In this document: positions 59,575-64,000 of the stretch, one piece after another
Layout of the letters: every line of letters starts with the position of its first letter
Position numbering within the stretch: the stretch's first letter is position 1
IMG/VR virus record: IMGVR_UViG_3300025623_000002
Origin: an uncultured virus (IMG/VR IMGVR_UViG_3300025623_000002)
Lineage: Duplodnaviria; Heunggongvirae; Uroviricota; Caudoviricetes
Direction: 5' to 3' (one strand)
Length of the DNA stretch: 64,000 nt
Translations under genes and position numbers: made by a program
The notes under the pieces: generated by a model
What the model was told of the DNA's origin: nothing
Databases searched by the model: none
The model's input: the letters and a program-made list of their open reading frames with translations, nothing else

Positions 59575-62500
59575 CTACTTACTCCTTGCGAGTAACTTGC
59601 TATACTTATTACTTGCCCTTAGAAATATATCGTTATTTACACTTCTTTGTTGCGCCCTTTCTCTTCTATGTCTTCCTTTTATTTCAGGATTAGGTTCTCG
59701 CCTATTATTATTTCTATATCCAGTATCAATAAATTGACCGGCTATTTTAAAATCTAATGTCCTAATAGATTCCCATGTACTTCCCTTTTCTAATACTACT
59801 GGTATATATTCTATCTCTCCTAAATGTCCAGTAAATACTTCTCTCCAATGTTCTTCTGTTTGTTTTATGTTATCCTTACCAGTGAATATAAAGTCAATAT
59901 AAAAATTATAAAACTCAGTAATTATATTTTCTTTTTCACTTGCTATATTAGTATCGCTATTTAAACCTAATAAAGCATATATTGTAAGCCCTTGAAAATC
60001 CTTCTTATTATCAGTTATCAAGGTAAAATGTCTTGTTATTTTAGCGAAACTTTCAAATATTTTTATTATTTCTTTTCTATCTTCTGGTTTTATCCAAAAT
60101 AAATGTTCATATAATTCTATTTCATCTAACATATGTTTAGTAGAAGGCACTTCAGAATTCCTGCTACCTCCCCACAATTCTCCTGCTTGAAATGTACCTG
60201 AAGAATTAATTGGTACTATAGCATCTATTTTTCTTTGCGTATCTCCTTCATCTCCTGCTTTTATTATTGATTTAAATGTATATTTATTTACATTGTAAGT
60301 TTTTCTAAATGAAACTTTCGTATTTTCTTCGTCAGGAAATTTATATTCCGGCATACTAAGTGCTTGGTCTTTTTTATCCCATTTACTATCTTTTTTATCC
60401 TTATTTTTATATGCATCAGTTATACCATCTATTAAATGTTGCATTTCTTCTTCATTTAAATCCTTTAAATGCATGAAGTCCGTTTGTCCTACATTCCATG
60501 CTGTAGGATTAAATAATTTCTCATAATAATATTGTAAACCGTGGTCATACCAAGCAGGAAATTTTTGTTCTTGTGTACCTAATTTGTACTCTTTCTTAAA
60601 CCATTTATATTCATCTGTCTTTTCAAATTCATTGAATAATTTTTTATTTTCTTTATTACTATATTCCACTTTAATGTCTTTTAACATTGATTTAAAAGCA
60701 TCATGTTTCTCTTTATTATTTTTAATATTTATTACATATTGTTTGCCATCATTTTTAAATTCTACTTTATCTTTATCTACTTCATCTTGATTAAAGAACC
60801 ATTGCAAATATGGCTTAGATTTATCATCCATAAATAATTTATATGAAGGATAATCATGCTCATAATCTCGGTCTGTATGAATAGTTTCTTTTAAATTATA
60901 TCCAAATATAGAACTCAAATCACGAACCTTATTCCTGCTTAAATATTCCTCTTTCCAGTCAGGATTGTCTGCCATATACTCTTCTGTTGGTGTCCATTTA
61001 CCATCCTTTATATCCTCATATGTTGGTGGATAATTCAATGCTTCCAATATATTCTGATACTTTTCATATGCCTTATATAATTTTAAACTACCTACCTCTC
61101 CGTCTTTAAGTATTCGTTGAATATTTATATGCTGTTCAATCTTACCTATTTCTATATCTAAATTACTTAAATCATCAATTAGTAGTTTAAATGCCAAATT
61201 TATGGAAGCAGTTTGACTTTTACTTTCTTTTTGCCAACTATTAGCACTACCACTTGATACAGTTCCTTTAATAAAACTATAAATTAATTCTCTTATTGTT
61301 TCGTTATCAGGTCGTTTGAAGGGTTCAAATTTTTTATTATTATATTGATAATAAGAATTACCATCAAATATTGTAGTTAAATCTCTTTCAGTATCTATCA
61401 GTATATCCATTATCTTTCTTACCCTGCCAACATTAGAGTATAATTTTTCTTGTTGTTTTTCATTAAAAATATCTTTTTCTTCACTTCTAGAAACTGTAGT
61501 GCCTCGTTTTAAATAATCCTTAAACGTTCCAATATCCTTTAATGCTTTAACAATCTCAGTATCAATTTTAAAATTTAAAACCATATCTCCTAAATCTAAG
61601 TTACCATCTTGGGGAGTTATCCTTAACAATATATCTTTTTTAATATCAGATAAACCCCTTTTAGGTTTAATTTCTCCATCCATTATATCTATAATAGTTT
61701 CTTTTAGAGTTTCTTTATCATTAAATCCCTTAATTTCATCATTAATCTTTTTAAATAATTGCACGTCAGATAAGTTTTTACTAGTAGTATTAGTCAATAC
61801 AGAATATAGGTTATATGTATTGTCCTCTTTAAACCGACGTTTGATTTCATCTAATCTTTCTCTATTTATTATTGCCACATCTACTGCAAGGTTCTCCATA
61901 TTTTTATCATTCATATAATCTATATGACCATCTACTTTGGTGTTAATATTAGCCCGTATTTGTTTATCATTTACAAGAACTTTAATTCCCTCTTCATATT
62001 CATTTTTGTCTTTAACTATATTTCTTTGTATTAATAATAATGATGACCTATCCGATATGCCAGTAAGTTGGGGTTCTATTTTAGTTGATTCTTTTTCTTC
62101 CTTAATAATATTAATAGTTTTAACAATAGATTTTAATAATTGTTTTTCCATTGGTTCTTCATCTTCTTCTATCTTAGTTGATGCTTGTGATTGTTTATAT
62201 GCCCTAAATATCTTTTTAAATAATCGTCTTATATCAGTAGGTAGTAACTTGTTATCGTTAAAAAATGTTTTGAATTTATTTTCTACTTTAGTTCCATGTA
62301 TTTTTTCAGGTGTTAAACTTTCATCATAATTATCTAATATTCCATTTATTGTTTTAATCTCTACATCGTTAAATTTCCAATCTTTTTTAAATTTATCAAA
62401 CTCTTTCATTTCTTTTGTTTTTTCCAACCATTCATATAGATTTTTATTACCATTATATAAATCAGTAATTATATCAAAAATTTCATTTACTTGTATTTCT

Positions 62501-63309
62501 TTTAAAAATGTATCTTTTTCTACAAAATTATAAGGAAAACCCGACTCATCCCAATCACCAAATGGTTTATCAAATACATTTTTAATATAATCTAATATTT
62601 TTATTGTAATAGTTATCTTTTCTTTTTTAATATCTACATATAAATGATTTTCTAATATTTTAGTATTTAAAATAGGTTTTGATGTTTGGATTTTATTCTC
62701 AATTTCCTTTACTACTGTACTTTTATAATCTATTGTAGATTCTCGTATTTCCTTTTCTTCGTTTTTTGTATCTGCTACTGCATCTTTATCACTACTAGTA
62801 GATAATTCCGTTTCTTCTAATATCTCTTTAAGATTTCCTTTATCAAGCCCTTCTGCTACAGTTTTTTTTCCAATGCGTTTTATTATTCGCGTAGTAAGAA
62901 TATCATCTTCTATATATCCTTCATTATGTAATAATTGTATAATCCCTAATAAAGTAGAGTTTGATAATTTATCCACTACTATTATTTTTAAACAATTTTC
63001 AAGTTCTGTTAAATTTGTTTTAGAAGTTTTACGGTTAGGATATTCTGCTCTTAAATCTTCCAGTTGAACATTTAACAACAGTTGAATTTTATCTTCACTT
63101 TGTTCCATTTTAGATGTTATGTCTAAAAAACTATCCGAAAAAATATAAGCAGCGTAATCTAAAAAAAGGTTGGGTACATTATCATTAGAAACTATTATGT
63201 TATCATCTTTTGTTGTATGATTAATTATTTCCCAACCATTAACTATTTCTTCTGTTAATGTAATTGAAGTAGGTAAAGTAGGTATAATTCTCTCAGTAAT
63301 TTTTACCAT
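59575..63309 (-). CDS. Large K/E/D/I-rich hypothetical protein (1244 aa)
   Basis: Long ORF with GGTGG RBS; no motif recognised. Confidence 0.75.
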   Translation of the reverse strand: MVKITERIIPTLPTSITLTEEIVNGWEIINHTTKDDNIIVSNDNVPNLFLDYAAYIFSDSFLDITSKMEQSEDKIQLLLNVQLEDLRAEYPNRKTSKTNLTELENCLKIIVVDKLSNSTLLGIIQLLHNEGYIEDDILTTRIIKRIGKKTVAEGLDKGNLKEILEETELSTSSDKDAVADTKNEEKEIRESTIDYKSTVVKEIENKIQTSKPILNTKILENHLYVDIKKEKITITIKILDYIKNVFDKPFGDWDESGFPYNFVEKDTFLKEIQVNEIFDIITDLYNGNKNLYEWLEKTKEMKEFDKFKKDWKFNDVEIKTINGILDNYDESLTPEKIHGTKVENKFKTFFNDNKLLPTDIRRLFKKIFRAYKQSQASTKIEEDEEPMEKQLLKSIVKTINIIKEEKESTKIEPQLTGISDRSSLLLIQRNIVKDKNEYEEGIKVLVNDKQIRANINTKVDGHIDYMNDKNMENLAVDVAIINRERLDEIKRRFKEDNTYNLYSVLTNTTSKNLSDVQLFKKINDEIKGFNDKETLKETIIDIMDGEIKPKRGLSDIKKDILLRITPQDGNLDLGDMVLNFKIDTEIVKALKDIGTFKDYLKRGTTVSRSEEKDIFNEKQQEKLYSNVGRVRKIMDILIDTERDLTTIFDGNSYYQYNNKKFEPFKRPDNETIRELIYSFIKGTVSSGSANSWQKESKSQTASINLAFKLLIDDLSNLDIEIGKIEQHINIQRILKDGEVGSLKLYKAYEKYQNILEALNYPPTYEDIKDGKWTPTEEYMADNPDWKEEYLSRNKVRDLSSIFGYNLKETIHTDRDYEHDYPSYKLFMDDKSKPYLQWFFNQDEVDKDKVEFKNDGKQYVINIKNNKEKHDAFKSMLKDIKVEYSNKENKKLFNEFEKTDEYKWFKKEYKLGTQEQKFPAWYDHGLQYYYEKLFNPTAWNVGQTDFMHLKDLNEEEMQHLIDGITDAYKNKDKKDSKWDKKDQALSMPEYKFPDEENTKVSFRKTYNVNKYTFKSIIKAGDEGDTQRKIDAIVPINSSGTFQAGELWGGSRNSEVPSTKHMLDEIELYEHLFWIKPEDRKEIIKIFESFAKITRHFTLITDNKKDFQGLTIYALLGLNSDTNIASEKENIITEFYNFYIDFIFTGKDNIKQTEEHWREVFTGHLGEIEYIPVVLEKGSTWESIRTLDFKIAGQFIDTGYRNNNRREPNPEIKGRHRRERAQQRSVNNDIFLRASNKYSKLLARSK

Positions 63310-63322
63310 TCATTAAACCACC

Positions 63323-64000
63323 TTAAGCAAGCCATTTAGCCCAAGCAACTGCTTTGCCTAATCCTTGTGCTAGACCTAAACCGCTCTGTGGTGGGGTGTA
63401 TGTTGGCTGACCGGTCTGAGGGTCAATCCAATAAGGATTATTCATACTATCATATCCTTGTGGGGGAATAGGATAACCACTGCCATTTTGTAATGCCATT
63501 TGTTGTTGGTTCATAGTATTATTAAAATTAGTACTCATGTTACCACCTTGTATTTGGCTAGGATTTAAGCCTTGAGGGTTCATACCTTGTTGCTGCATAC
63601 CCATTTGTTGCCGCATATCCATTGGTGTTTGAGTTTGAGATTGGGGTTGTGATGGAGATGAGAACCCTTGTGCTTCAAGATATTGTTGTTTAGCCATCCT
63701 TCGTTGCATTACAACTTCACTATTAATAGCAGTAGCCAAAAGATTAGCCATATCTAAATCAATATTTTCTTGAGTAATCCTAGTAAATTCAGTAAGAGCA
63801 TCTGGAGATATAACAAGATTACCACTAGAACTTTGATTAAATTCTAACTTAATTAACATTTGGCTAACTGCTCTTTGAACAGTATCTTCAATTAGTTTTT
63901 CCATTGCCTTTAAAAATGATTCACCGTGATATTGAAAGAAATCTTCAACATGATTTTCTTGTAAAGTTAAAAGGTTATTGATTGTTTTAAATTGGGTTTG
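63323..64000 (-). CDS. Gln/Met-rich protein, 5' end outside the window
   Basis: Frame stays open from 64000 (QTQFKTINNLL...) through the ATG at 63904; Q/M/P-rich region and amphipathic C-terminus. Confidence 0.75.
   Translation of the reverse strand, partial: QTQFKTINNLLTLQENHVEDFFQYHGESFLKAMEKLIEDTVQRAVSQMLIKLEFNQSSSGNLVISPDALTEFTRITQENIDLDMANLLATAINSEVVMQRRMAKQQYLEAQGFSSPSQPQSQTQTPMDMRQQMGMQQQGMNPQGLNPSQIQGGNMSTNFNNTMNQQQMALQNGSGYPIPPQGYDSMNNPYWIDPQTGQPTYTPPQSGLGLAQGLGKAVAWAKWLA

Noticed and set aside
34434..63067. Plus-strand ORFs in the right arm (e.g. 41167-41742, 37012-37383, 61937-62329)
   Set aside because: Antisense shadows of the structural genes caused by codon bias

Overview
An AT-rich, gene-dense fragment of a tailed dsDNA virus of archaea. 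The gene content (split family-B polymerase, PCNA, RFC, ATP-dependent ligase, archaeo-eukaryotic primase, ERCC4 nuclease, TFB, GGTGA/GAGG ribosome-binding sites) best fits a Magrovirus-type virus of Marine Group II Euryarchaeota (Poseidoniales); this assignment is from pattern recognition, not a database search. About 1-32.4 kb is a + strand early/replication arm, and 32.6-64 kb is a - strand tail/neck morphogenesis arm (3719-aa fibre, hub, tape measure, tail chaperone, tail tube, neck). The arms converge on a hairpin/poly-T terminator. The main finding is an apparently complete virus-encoded ubiquitin-like conjugation set within 5.3-13.5 kb. It comprises a small Ubl ending VGG-SQ, a ThiF/E1 enzyme, a JAMM/JAB protease, a candidate E2-like protein (GSICID) and a candidate C4HC3 cross-brace finger, interleaved with a viral TFB. 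Other findings are a G-GGA-AAC -1 frameshift in the tail chaperone, a PIP-box micropeptide, a degenerate LAGLIDADG protein, many unannotated zinc-finger microproteins, a stray tail-fibre repeat fragment and two T-loop-like hairpins. Starts were adjusted from the ORF track where an RBS supported it. All product calls are motif-based.
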